Shown: piece after piece, positions 49,177 to 58,397 of the stretch
How the letters are laid out: every line of letters starts with the position of its first letter
Position numbering within the stretch: the first letter of the stretch is position 1
DNA from: Polyangia bacterium
GTDB lineage: Bacteria; Myxococcota_A; Polyangia; JAHFDS01; DATFWX01
Length of the DNA stretch: 64,000 nt
Assembly (NCBI GenBank): GCA_035258845.1
Contig: DATFWX010000154.1
Span: forward strand, 2,659-66,658
Reading direction: 5' to 3'
Notes under the pieces: generated by a model
Told to the model about the DNA's origin: nothing
Database searches by the model: none
Seen by the model: the letters and a program-made list of their open reading frames with translations, nothing else
Made by a program: the position numbers and the translations under genes

Positions 49177-50906
49177 ACGCGCGCGCCCCCGTGCGCGAAG
49201 GCGAGCTCGAGCCGGGGGTCGCGATCGGCGGTCTCGCGCCGCCACGGCCGCGCCCGCTTGGGATAGGTCCATTTCGCGCCCACATAGACCCAATCCGCGC
49301 GCTGGTCCTTGCGCGCCTCCAGATACTCGCTGAAGTAGAAGGGGTTGCCGTGCACGCGCGTGACCTGGCGGCGCGCCAGCGCCGGGATCCAAAGCCCGGC
49401 GTCGCCGTAGTTGTTGGCAATCATCGCATGGGGCGGCACCTTCACGGCCACCCAGGCCAGCGCGGCGCGGTCGTCGGCGGTCACCACCACATCTTCAGCC
49501 GCGCCCATCTGGTACTCGTGGAAATGCATGAAGAGCCCGAAGCCGGCCAGAAGACCTCCGCCCACAAGCACGAGCGCGCGCTGGGGCTCGATCGCCTCGA
49601 ACAGCCAGGCCACGCCCAGGCCCATGGGCAGGTGGAGCACGGTGAGAAGGCGCGTCGGATAGAGCAGCTCCGACTCCGGCAGCCAGAAACCGTAGCTGCC
49701 CAGAAAGCAAAGGATCGTGCCCGCCACGGCGAGCGCGGCCGCAGCAGCCAGCTGACGTCGCCCGCCCGGGCGGAAGCCCAGGATGAGCCCACCCAGGGCC
49801 AGCGCCGGCACGAGCGGCCCCACCGAGCTGAACAAGAGCGGCGAGCCGAGCACGCGGCTGTGCTCGGCCGTGATGAGCTCGCGCACCCACTGCCTTTCGA
49901 ACGGCGACACATCGGCCCGCCCTCCCAGCAGATAGGGCAACAGGAGCACCAGGGCGCCCGCCCCTGCCACCATGGTGGCACCGATCGCCCGGGCCTCCCG
50001 GCGATGCCACCATGCCACCATGAAAGCGGCCGGGCCGAGGGCGTACAGGCCGGTCGCGACTGGGATCAGGTGCGCCGAGGCCGCACCGGCAGCCGCCAGC
50101 GCGCACAGTGGCGCCGTGCGCCCGGGCGCCTGTGGCCGCGGCACCAGCGCCACCGCGCCGAAGAGCAGCCCGAAACCGAGCACGGTCGGCGCGCCGCCCC
50201 ACGCGAGAGCGGTCTGGGGCAGCGAGCAGCCATAGAGGCACACCGCCGCCGCCACCGCCGCCGGCCAGGGCCGCACGTCCAGGCGCGTGAGAGCGGCGAA
50301 CAGCGCGCCCAGCGCAATCGCCTGTACCGCGCAGGCTGCGAAGAGCGCGCTGCGCACGCAATCGCCGCCCGTGCGCAGCCCGATCGCGACCAGCATGTGA
50401 AACCCGAGCGGATACGAGCCAAAGTTGTCGATGGGCAGATAGGGCCTCTGCGAGGCCGGCCAGCCGTTGGCGTCCGCAAGCAGGCGCGCCATCGCGGTGT
50501 GCATGCTCATATCGGCACCAGCGGGCGCCCGCATCACCAGGAGCGGGGACAGCCGCAAGAGCGCCCCCACGAAAAGAAGCGCCGCCGCCCGCCGGTCGAC
50601 CGCGGCCGCGGCCGGCGCAGGCGGCACCAGCGCATAGGCGACCAGGCTGGCCGCCGCCACGCCGAGCGCGAGCCCGTGCAGCGGCAGGTGGAGCCAGCGC
50701 AGCCATTGCACGGCCACCGACCAGAAGGCGACGCTTGCGACCGGCGCCAGGGCCACCGCAACCAACCGATCCATCCCACGCGCGCGCACGAGCAGCAGGC
50801 CCGGGACCACGAACGGCAAGAGAGGCGGATAGAGCGCGAGCGCGACCACGACCAGAAGCGGCGCTCCCAGGCGCCCGATCAGCTTGTTCCTTCGCGGCTC
50901 GTTCAT
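49101..50906 (-). CDS. polytopic membrane protein with a C-terminal soluble domain (GT-C-like, unknown function)
   Basis: 601 aa. About 12 TM segments, then ~170 aa of soluble sequence. Its 3' end overlaps the convergent gene by 76 nt. Confidence 0.6.
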   Translation of the reverse strand: MNEPRRNKLIGRLGAPLLVVVALALYPPLLPFVVPGLLLVRARGMDRLVAVALAPVASVAFWSVAVQWLRWLHLPLHGLALGVAAASLVAYALVPPAPAAAAVDRRAAALLFVGALLRLSPLLVMRAPAGADMSMHTAMARLLADANGWPASQRPYLPIDNFGSYPLGFHMLVAIGLRTGGDCVRSALFAACAVQAIALGALFAALTRLDVRPWPAAVAAAVCLYGCSLPQTALAWGGAPTVLGFGLLFGAVALVPRPQAPGRTAPLCALAAAGAASAHLIPVATGLYALGPAAFMVAWWHRREARAIGATMVAGAGALVLLLPYLLGGRADVSPFERQWVRELITAEHSRVLGSPLLFSSVGPLVPALALGGLILGFRPGGRRQLAAAAALAVAGTILCFLGSYGFWLPESELLYPTRLLTVLHLPMGLGVAWLFEAIEPQRALVLVGGGLLAGFGLFMHFHEYQMGAAEDVVVTADDRAALAWVAVKVPPHAMIANNYGDAGLWIPALARRQVTRVHGNPFYFSEYLEARKDQRADWVYVGAKWTYPKRARPWRRETADRDPRLELAFAHGGARVYRVVGEPIAVAPLLPPAASSSEAP

Positions 50907-51363
50907 CCTGTTCCTTCGCGGCTGTACTTAGCACGCTCTCCGCCGCGACCGCCCTGTCGAATTTTCACCACCTCGATCGGAATCAGTGCGGTGAATCCTT
51001 GACACTCTGCCGTTCAGTTGCTGTAGTTGCGCCCAGTTATCGTGCGCATGGGCTTTGCATAGCGGTTTCCTCTAAATCTGCGCCCTGGAGACTATCGAAA
51101 GTGAGACTTGCGATGGCGACTGCTTCCCTCTGGATTCGACGCTGGCTGATCTGGGGCCCCTGGACCGTGATGGCGTCCGCGTTCGTATGCGCCTGCCTGT
51201 TTCTTTACGGCGTGACCCGGCGCCCGGCACGCGCGCTGCAGGTTTCAGTGCGCCGGGCCAACGCGGCCGCGAGCACGATCAGCCCCCCTGCTGCTTCTCG
51301 CCCCGCGATGGTGAAAGTGGCCGATTAGTCCCGGTCCAATCTCGCGCTGGAGTAAGCCGATTG

Positions 51364-51834
51364 ATGTGGTACCAGGTCACAGCAGTTGCGACCCTCGCGA
51401 TTTGTTCTGCGGCGCATGCACAGACGGTCGAGGATGCTCGCCAGCAGATGTTGGCGCCGCAGCCCACGCTCACCGAGAGCCAAAAGAACGACCTGCGCCT
51501 GGAGGCCGGGCGGCTGGAGTCGAGCGCCCGAAACTACTATGTCGTGGGCGGCAGCCTGATCGGATTGGGCATTCTCGGTGCGGGTGTGACCTTCTGGGTC
51601 GACTACGACAGCAATAAGAGCTGCGACTACGATGAGCGCCAGCGTGGCGTGTGCGGCCGGCCGCCTTGGCCGCCCACGGCCGGATACGTGGTTTCCGGGC
51701 TCGTTGGCGCCTCCGGCATCGTGCTCGTGCTGGTCGGCCAATCCAAGGCCGATCGAGCCCACGAGCTGCGCACACGATGGGCGCTCTCGCCGTCGCCTTC
51801 GGGGATGGCTCTGGTCCTCTCGGGCCGCTTCTGA
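51364..51834 (+). CDS. secreted/membrane protein, unknown function
   Basis: Start at Met60 of ORF 51187..51834. Signal peptide MWYQVTAVATLAICSAAHA. Two internal hydrophobic segments. Confidence 0.5.
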   Translation: MWYQVTAVATLAICSAAHAQTVEDARQQMLAPQPTLTESQKNDLRLEAGRLESSARNYYVVGGSLIGLGILGAGVTFWVDYDSNKSCDYDERQRGVCGRPPWPPTAGYVVSGLVGASGIVLVLVGQSKADRAHELRTRWALSPSPSGMALVLSGRF

Positions 51835-51850
51835 CGCGCCTCGCCGAGTC

Positions 51851-54331
51851 TCACGGCCTCTGCCGAGCACCCGTCGCCAGTCGCAGGAGCGCTGGCAGAA
51901 GCAGCATCGCGGCCGCCAGGCAGGTAAATTCACCCAGCATGGCCAGCTTACCCATCGAGGCCAGCGCCATGTTCTTGGCCATGACCAGCGCGAAGTAGCC
52001 GATGATCGTGGTCAGCGAACACAGGAACACGGCACCACCGGTGCGCTCGAGCGTGCGCGCGAGGCCCTGCGCACTTTTTGGCTCGCCGCGCGCCCGCTGC
52101 CAGATATTGGCCGCGTAATCGACCGCGATGCCGAACGTGGTCGGCAGCGCGACGAAGTTCATGAAGTTGATCTTGATCTGCGCGCCCGCCGCCGCGCCCA
52201 TCATCCAGACCACGCCCACGACCAGCGCCACTCCCACCACGGCCGCGCCGCGCACGCTGCCCAGCCCCAGCAAGACCACCAGCAGCACGCCCGCCGCCGC
52301 GATCACAGTGGTCAGCGGTCCGTCGCGCGCGATGGTGCGCAGAATGTCCGCGAACACCACCACCATGCCGCTGGTCGTGATGGTCTCGCCGTCGACGGTC
52401 ACGCTGCGCACGGCATCGGTGAATTCGAACAGGTTGCGCGCCACCCACAGGTCGCGCCCGCCCGGCGGCTCGATGTGCACGACCGTTCCCAGCGCACCGT
52501 CTGAGCTCTGGTAAAACCGCCGCACCGGCTCGGGCAGGTCCGCGATCTCGAAGGGCCGCGCGTAAAGGCGCGCGCGCAGCTTTCCGACCAGCTCGCGTGC
52601 GTGCGCGGGGATCTCGTCCTCGGGCACCTGATCGACCAGCCGCCTGAGCCGGCTCGCGATCGCCAGTTTCTGTCCCACCTGCACCGGCATGCGCTCGTAG
52701 ATCGAGTGGCAGCGCCGGATGGGTGCGTGCGCCTCGCCCATCTGCTGGACCAGCCCGTTGAACACCTCGCAGATCCGGCGCGCCTGGTCGGCCGTGCGTG
52801 CCACCATGAAGACCGGCGTCATCGAGCGCCGATAGATGTGCGCCACCCGGTCGTCAAGCTCGGCGGTATAGGTGCCATCGAGCGCCTTGTTGCGCAGGTT
52901 GGCCAGGTTGGTCTCCAGGCAGTCGGGCAGGAACGCATGGACCTTCCAAACCGAGACCGCGCCCACGACCACCGACGCCACCACCACCGCCTCCGGCCAC
53001 CGAATGGGAATCGCGGCCAGCCAGCGCGGGTACTGCCACTCCCGAAACCGGCGCCGCTCGCCCACGCTTGGACGCACCCGCTCAAGCAGCAAGGTCAAGG
53101 CGGGCAGGAGCGTGAATGTGAGCAGCCAGCAGAAAAAGATGCCGGCGCCCCCGACCACCCCGAACTGATGGAACGCGGTGATGCGCCCAAAAAACAGCGC
53201 GCCGAACGAGATCGCGGTCGCCAGCGCGGCCACGAAGGTGGCGCGCCAGGTGGTCTGGAGCGCGGTCAGAACGGCGGCCTCGGCCTCCTGGCCCTCCTGC
53301 CGCTCCTCCAGGTAGCGCGACAGGAAGATGATGCCGTAGTTGATGCCGGTGCCCACGATGATCGAGCCCAGGAAAGCGGTCTCGAAGTTGATGCGCCCGA
53401 ACAGAACCCGCGCCAGCGCGAACGACAGCAGCGCACCCACAGCCAGGGTCAGGCCCAAAAGGCCCAGCACGCGCAGGCGCCGGAAATAGAGCAGCACTGC
53501 CAGCGCCACCAGGCCCACGCACAGGCCGGCCGTCGACGCGATGTCGCGCTTGACCGACTCGTACTCCTCGAGCCCGGTCTGCACCTCGCCGGTTAAGTCC
53601 ACGCGCAGGTCGGGCCGGTAGCGGTGCGGACTCAGCTCGTCGATGAGGGCCCGGATGCGCGCCGTGAAGGCCTTGGCGCCCAGCGCCATGCCTTGCGGCG
53701 ACGGCCGCACGAACACGGCCAGCAGGGTGCCGGTCTCGTTGGCGAAGTAGGAGTCGGGATAGGGATCGTAGTCGCGGCGTGCCCGATCGATGCGCTCCTG
53801 GATCTCGTCGAAGCGATCGCGGGCCGGCGGGCCCGCCGGCTGCGACGACACGGGCGACGGCGCGTCGCCATCGAGGTCGACGTAGAGCGGATTGGCCTTG
53901 AGCTTACGGTCGTCGATCTCGGCCTTGAGGTCGCGCTCGATCCGCTCGAGATCGGCCAGGTCGGCGTACAGGATCGCGTTGCGCTCGTAGAAATCGACCA
54001 GCGCGCGCACGGTGTAGTCGATGTAGCGGATGTCGGGGCTCATACGCGCACGCAGGCGCGCGACCAGATCCTCGGCGAAGCGCTCGTTGGTCCTCAGGTC
54101 GGGCGACTGGATGGCGATGGTCAGGTTGCCGCCGCCGACCTTTTGCGAAATGCGCCGCAGATCTTCGACCGATTTCGTGCCCGCGGGCAGAAGCTCGGCA
54201 ATGTCGTCCTGCAGCTCGAGCCCGGCCGCCAGGAGACCGGCGCCGACCGCCACCAGCGCACATGCAACCACAACGCGACCGGAATGAGCAGCCAGCCAGC
54301 GCGCATAGCGGGCGAGTCCCTCAGGCGCCAC
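51851..54331 (-). CDS. MMPL/RND-superfamily transporter (paralogue 2)
   Basis: 826 codons. The N-terminal region ...LELQDDIAELLPAGTKSVEDLRRISQKVGGGNLTIAIQS... aligns with ...LELKTDFKDLLPKRRRSVTELERISKHVGGNSSLVIAVEG... of 44405..46885. Confidence 0.8.
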   Translation of the reverse strand: MAPEGLARYARWLAAHSGRVVVACALVAVGAGLLAAGLELQDDIAELLPAGTKSVEDLRRISQKVGGGNLTIAIQSPDLRTNERFAEDLVARLRARMSPDIRYIDYTVRALVDFYERNAILYADLADLERIERDLKAEIDDRKLKANPLYVDLDGDAPSPVSSQPAGPPARDRFDEIQERIDRARRDYDPYPDSYFANETGTLLAVFVRPSPQGMALGAKAFTARIRALIDELSPHRYRPDLRVDLTGEVQTGLEEYESVKRDIASTAGLCVGLVALAVLLYFRRLRVLGLLGLTLAVGALLSFALARVLFGRINFETAFLGSIIVGTGINYGIIFLSRYLEERQEGQEAEAAVLTALQTTWRATFVAALATAISFGALFFGRITAFHQFGVVGGAGIFFCWLLTFTLLPALTLLLERVRPSVGERRRFREWQYPRWLAAIPIRWPEAVVVASVVVGAVSVWKVHAFLPDCLETNLANLRNKALDGTYTAELDDRVAHIYRRSMTPVFMVARTADQARRICEVFNGLVQQMGEAHAPIRRCHSIYERMPVQVGQKLAIASRLRRLVDQVPEDEIPAHARELVGKLRARLYARPFEIADLPEPVRRFYQSSDGALGTVVHIEPPGGRDLWVARNLFEFTDAVRSVTVDGETITTSGMVVVFADILRTIARDGPLTTVIAAAGVLLVVLLGLGSVRGAAVVGVALVVGVVWMMGAAAGAQIKINFMNFVALPTTFGIAVDYAANIWQRARGEPKSAQGLARTLERTGGAVFLCSLTTIIGYFALVMAKNMALASMGKLAMLGEFTCLAAAMLLLPALLRLATGARQRP

Positions 54332-54390
54332 GGGTACACAGTCTAGCAGCGCGGGCGCCGGGGCTCAGAATTTTCTGGCGCGCGCACGGG

Positions 54391-55053
54391 CTACCGGATG
54401 GTCAAGTGGAATGTCCCCGAGGCATTGAAACCGTCGACGATCAGGAAGTAGGTACCGGGCGGCGCCGGGTTCCCGATCAGCAGGGCAGGCGAGTTGCTGG
54501 TGCTGAGCTGATTGTCGCAGCCGTCATAGGTCCGGCAGTCGGCGTCGCGGATGTAGAGGATGACCGGGAAGTTGGTGCCCGGGTTGCCGGTCGTGATGGT
54601 GATGTTTCGAGGCGTGGGCAAGGTGAACTGAAAGACGCGATCGGGCGAGCCCACACCGTCGCCGTCGAGGCAGTTGGTGGTGACGTCGCCGCTCGAGCCG
54701 ACCACGTGGAAGAAGTCGGTTCCGCCGGAGGTGGTCATCGTGATGTCGAAGGGAATCGTGATCGGGATGACCGGGGCCAGACCGCACAAGCCCGTCATAA
54801 TCGGCCCGTCGGGTGGGAGCATGGCATCGGGCGGCGGCACCGACGCATCCGGCGGCAACCCGCTATCGGGCGGCGGCGAGAAGGAATCGGGGGGCGGCGA
54901 GAAGCTGTCCGGCATGGTCTGCGCCTGGCCGTCGCGGGGCGGGCGGTTGGGCCCGTCGCCACCGGAGAACGAGTGGGGCGTCTGGCCCTGCGCGCAGCCG
55001 CCCAGGGCCGCCAGCGCAACCAGGCATCCTAGACTCCACCCGGACCTGTCCAT
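54391..55053 (-). CDS. lipoprotein with Pro-rich linker and PPC-like beta-sandwich domain (tentative)
   Basis: Start at Met15 (MDRSGWSLGCLVALAALGGC, lipobox). PDSFSPPPDSFSPPPDSGLPPD repeats. C-terminus ...GTYFLIVDGFNASGTFHLTIR. Confidence 0.6.
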   Translation of the reverse strand: MDRSGWSLGCLVALAALGGCAQGQTPHSFSGGDGPNRPPRDGQAQTMPDSFSPPPDSFSPPPDSGLPPDASVPPPDAMLPPDGPIMTGLCGLAPVIPITIPFDITMTTSGGTDFFHVVGSSGDVTTNCLDGDGVGSPDRVFQFTLPTPRNITITTGNPGTNFPVILYIRDADCRTYDGCDNQLSTSNSPALLIGNPAPPGTYFLIVDGFNASGTFHLTIR

Positions 55054-55147
55054 AGCCCCTCGATTATGAACGAACTTCAAGGGGCATGCCAGCAAACACT
55101 AATGGGAAATCAAATAGATGGACTTGACGAACCTGGGACTCTTGACC

Positions 55148-55423
55148 TCACCTGAGTAGCGTGAAGTACACGGTCAATACGAAAAATAACAGGCAGCCGA
55201 TGCCCAGAAACAGTGCCAGCGGATCGTTGCTGGTGGCCGCGAGCAGGCGATCGGCCTCGCGCCGCAGCTCTTCGGACAGCTCGGCGCGCGCCAGCACCAA
55301 CGTGGCCAGGCGGCGGGTTTCGCGAAAATCGCCGCGCGCAAATGCCGCCTGCGCCGCCCCGAGCTCGGGATCGGCCACCGGAGCCGGCGCTGGCGGGGCT
55401 AGGCCGCTTGCGTGCTCTTCCAC
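55148..55423 (-). CDS. small C-terminally membrane-anchored protein
   Basis: 91 codons with coding-like composition and a C-terminal TM segment (LALFLGIGCLLFFVLTVYFTLL). Overlaps the ferredoxin stop. The start is uncertain. Confidence 0.4.
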   Translation of the reverse strand: MEEHASGLAPPAPAPVADPELGAAQAAFARGDFRETRRLATLVLARAELSEELRREADRLLAATSNDPLALFLGIGCLLFFVLTVYFTLLR

Positions 55424-55890
55424 AGCTCGTTCGACCGCTCGACGATCTCCTTGGCGCGCGGGTCATCCTGGCGGAAGATGTGGATGGCGTCGTAGGGGCA
55501 GTCGAGCTCGCAGACGTTGCAGCCCGTGCACTTGCGCATCTCGACCACCGCGACCTTGGCCGCGATGCCGATTCCGGCCAGGCCGGGCGGCGCTGGCTCC
55601 ATTGTGATGCAGTCAAACGGGCACGCATTGACGCAGTAGACGCAGCCTGTACATTTCTCGAGCTCGACAAAGGCCTTGGGCCGCTGCTGGGCCTTGAGCT
55701 GCTCGCACAATCGCCCGTAAGTGTCCAGAATTGCGTCGTCAGGACACACCGCGCCGCAGGCACCGCAGTCGATGCAGAGCGCGGGATCAATGTAGTACAG
55801 CTCCTTCTTGACCCCGTGAATGGCTGCGGTCGGGCAGCGCGACTCGCAGGCCGAGCAACCCGTGCAGCTATCGATGATCGTGTAAGACAT
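55399..55890 (-). CDS. polyferredoxin with four CxxCxxCxxxCP [4Fe-4S] motifs
   Basis: Motifs CTGCSACESRCP, CIDCGACGAVCP, CTGCVYCVNACP and CTGCNVCELDCP. The ATG at 55890 directly abuts the stop (55891-55893) of the upstream GT-C gene. Confidence 0.85.
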   Translation of the reverse strand: MSYTIIDSCTGCSACESRCPTAAIHGVKKELYYIDPALCIDCGACGAVCPDDAILDTYGRLCEQLKAQQRPKAFVELEKCTGCVYCVNACPFDCITMEPAPPGLAGIGIAAKVAVVEMRKCTGCNVCELDCPYDAIHIFRQDDPRAKEIVERSNELWKSTQAA

Positions 55891-57348
55891 CTACATCCCA
55901 TTCATAATCGAACGTGCGCGCTGCGTCAAGCCAGGCGGGTGGGCGGTCCGACGGAAAATGGTGACTCCGGACACCGTCACCGCGCGTTGATAGCCGACGA
56001 AGTGCTGGGCGAGCGGGGGCAGCCGGGCCAGCGGGTAGCCGACGAAGTGCGCCTCGGGTACGGACGAGGTATCGACCAGCAGCATCGGTGGGTGAGCCGC
56101 GAAGTCGGCCGCCACCTGCGGCCAGACGTCGGGCGCGCAGTCCCAGGCCTGCTCGGGCGGCTCGCCACGCTCGCGCGCCAGCCCGCGCAAGAAACCCACG
56201 AACCGGGTCGCCGGCAGGCGCTGCGAGGCCAGATAGAGCTGGGCCGAAAGGCCCCACACGAACACGCGCTGGTCGGGCGCCGTGTGCGTGCGCATCCAGT
56301 CGGCGACCGCCGCGAAGTCGCGCGGCGGCCGGCCCAAGCTCGCGCTCCAGGGCTCGAAGCGTACAGCCGCGATCGCGAAGCCGAGCGCCGGCAGCGCGGT
56401 CGAGAGCGCGACCCACGCCCGCCCGCGCGGCCCCTGATGGGCCAGCTCGAGCGCGGCTGCGAGCGCAAGCGGGCCCACGAGCTGGATGAAGTAATGCCCG
56501 AAAAAGTGGCCACCTGCCGACACGGCGATCAGGGAAGCGAAAAGCCAGGCTGCAATCGGGCCGCGCGCGCGCACGCGCACGACGGTTCGCAGGGCGAGCG
56601 GCCACAGCACCAGGGACGCGCCCATAAAAGGCAAGAAGCCGGTTGCGAAGTTGGCGGCCAACGCGCGCGGGCTCCACGCGCTGGGACCGTAATGCGAGAG
56701 CAGCGCGCGCACGGCCCAGCGCCAAAGGCCGCCCAACGATCCCTGCGCCGCCAGCACGACCGCGGCGGCGCCGAGCGCGCCCAGAACGCCCAGCGCAAGC
56801 GCTCCCAGGTCACGCCTTCGCCGCACCAGCACGAGCGCAACCAGGAGGTTGGCCAGCGCCACCTGTTTCCACAGACAGCCGAGGCCGATCAGCACGCCCG
56901 CGAGCAGGAAGCGGCGGTCCAAAAGAGCCAGCACCGACCCGCACAGCGGAAGCATCATGAAGACCTCGGTGTTGGCGGCCAGCATCTTGGGGTAGTAGAC
57001 GCTCGTGAAGACGCCGTAGAAGAGGGCAGCCCAGAAGCCGGCGCGTGGACCCGCGAGCCGGTGCGCCGTGCGCGCGAGCACGGCTGCGGTGGCGAGCACG
57101 AACAAAAGCGCGAGCACCTGTACTGCGTGCAGCGACCAGCACCCGCACAGCTTGAACACGGCCGCGTAGGTCCAGAAGATGGCCGGGAACTTGTTGTCGA
57201 CCCCGCCGTCGCCGTACAGGTGGCCGCCCGCGTGCAGGAGCGCCGCCACCGACGCGTAAATCGCCTCGTCGCCGTCCATGAACGGCTTCACGAAGGCGGG
57301 CGTCCGGCACAGAACGGTTGCTGTGACAACGATCAGCACGCGTCGCAC
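55891..57348 (-). CDS. GT-C fold (family-39-like) membrane glycosyltransferase (paralogue of 42842..44368)
   Basis: ...FMDGDEAIYASVAALLHAGGHLYGDGGVDNKFPAIFW..., ...ANTEVFMMLP...LWKQVALANLL..., and a C-terminal domain alignable with 42842..44368. The GTG start at 57348 is tentative. Confidence 0.7.
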   Translation of the reverse strand: MRRVLIVVTATVLCRTPAFVKPFMDGDEAIYASVAALLHAGGHLYGDGGVDNKFPAIFWTYAAVFKLCGCWSLHAVQVLALLFVLATAAVLARTAHRLAGPRAGFWAALFYGVFTSVYYPKMLAANTEVFMMLPLCGSVLALLDRRFLLAGVLIGLGCLWKQVALANLLVALVLVRRRRDLGALALGVLGALGAAAVVLAAQGSLGGLWRWAVRALLSHYGPSAWSPRALAANFATGFLPFMGASLVLWPLALRTVVRVRARGPIAAWLFASLIAVSAGGHFFGHYFIQLVGPLALAAALELAHQGPRGRAWVALSTALPALGFAIAAVRFEPWSASLGRPPRDFAAVADWMRTHTAPDQRVFVWGLSAQLYLASQRLPATRFVGFLRGLARERGEPPEQAWDCAPDVWPQVAADFAAHPPMLLVDTSSVPEAHFVGYPLARLPPLAQHFVGYQRAVTVSGVTIFRRTAHPPGLTQRARSIMNGM

Positions 57349-57416
57349 GCCGCCCGCAACTGCAAGCGGCTGGCCGGGCTGAAAGCTCCTGCAAGGGCGC
57401 GATCGGCGGTGGACGA

Positions 57417-58385
57417 TTGACGCTCGGGCACGTCGAGTGTCAGGCTTTCGGCGTGCTGCCGATCCGGTTCCCCGAAGGCAAGCCGTTCGACGTGGTCGGG
57501 CTGGGCGAGAACTCGGTCGATCATCTGTGCGTGGTGCCACGCTTTCCGGGTCTGTCCGACAAGGTGCGCGTGACCCGCTACGAGATGCAGGGCGGCGGCC
57601 AGATTGCCAACGCGATGGTGGCGTGCCGGCGGCTGGGGCTGCGCGCCAAGTACATCGGCAAGATCGGAGACGACGCGCTGGGCCAGGTGGCGCTGGGCGA
57701 GCTGGCGCGCGAGGGCGTGGACACGAGCGGCGTGCGCGTGCAGGCGGGCACGGCCACGCGGCTGTCGTTCATCCTCATCGACGCCGCCAGCGGCGAGCGC
57801 ACGGTGGTCTGGGATCAGGACCCGCGCCTTTCGCTGGCGCCGGCCGAGCTTACGCAGGCGGAAATCGTGTGCGGGCGCGTGCTCCATCTGGACGCCACCG
57901 ACGTGCCAGCGTCCGTGCAGGCGGCGCGCTGGGCCCGCGCGGCCGGCGTGCCCACCTGCATCGACATCGACCACGTGCCACCAGGGGCGGAGGAGCTGAT
58001 TGGCCTGATCGATCTCTGCATCATGTCGGAAGCGGTTCCGCGCGAGCTGAGCGGCGAGACCGACCGCGAGCGGGCGCTGCGCGCGGTGCGGCGTTGGAAT
58101 CAGCACGGCTTTCTGTGCGTCACCCTGGGCAGCGAGGGCGCGCTGGCGCTTTTGGATGGAGCGGCTGTGCACGCGCCCGCCTTCGCCGTGCAGCCGGTCG
58201 ACACCACCGCCTGCGGCGACGTCTTCCATGGCGCGTTCCTGTATGCGGCGCTGGCCGGCTTCGATGTGCCGCGCGCGCTCCGGTTCGCCAACGCGGCGGC
58301 CGCGCTCAAGACGCGCGCGCTGGGGGGCCGGCCCGGCATCCCGACCCGCGCCGAGGTGGAGGCGTTCTTAGCGACACGGCCGTAG
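57417..58385 (+). CDS. PfkB-family carbohydrate kinase
   Basis: ...DVVGLGENSVDHL... and ...DTTACGDVFHGAF... (the anion-hole / catalytic Asp motif). The start is uncertain (57417 TTG or 57453 GTG). Confidence 0.8.
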   Translation: MTLGHVECQAFGVLPIRFPEGKPFDVVGLGENSVDHLCVVPRFPGLSDKVRVTRYEMQGGGQIANAMVACRRLGLRAKYIGKIGDDALGQVALGELAREGVDTSGVRVQAGTATRLSFILIDAASGERTVVWDQDPRLSLAPAELTQAEIVCGRVLHLDATDVPASVQAARWARAAGVPTCIDIDHVPPGAEELIGLIDLCIMSEAVPRELSGETDRERALRAVRRWNQHGFLCVTLGSEGALALLDGAAVHAPAFAVQPVDTTACGDVFHGAFLYAALAGFDVPRALRFANAAAALKTRALGGRPGIPTRAEVEAFLATRP

Positions 58386-58397
58386 TAGCATGCAGCC

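Noticed and set aside
46717-51002. Very long ORFs 46929..51002 (+, 1357 aa) and 46717..49392 (-, 891 aa).
   Set aside because: Their products are Arg/Ala/Gly/Pro-rich, low-complexity and featureless. They overlap genes with clear family signatures (GT2, GT-C-like and polytopic membrane proteins) in other frames or on the other strand. These are typical GC-driven shadow ORFs.
55101-55140. GACTTGAC...GACTCTTGACC near 55110-55135, which shares a 10-mer (GACTCTTGAC) with the right arm of hairpin B. Considered as a possible fifth repeat-hairpin element.
   Set aside because: No complementary arm (GTCAAGAGTC-type) is present nearby, and the periodicity is not sustained. It is probably chance or a degenerate half-site.
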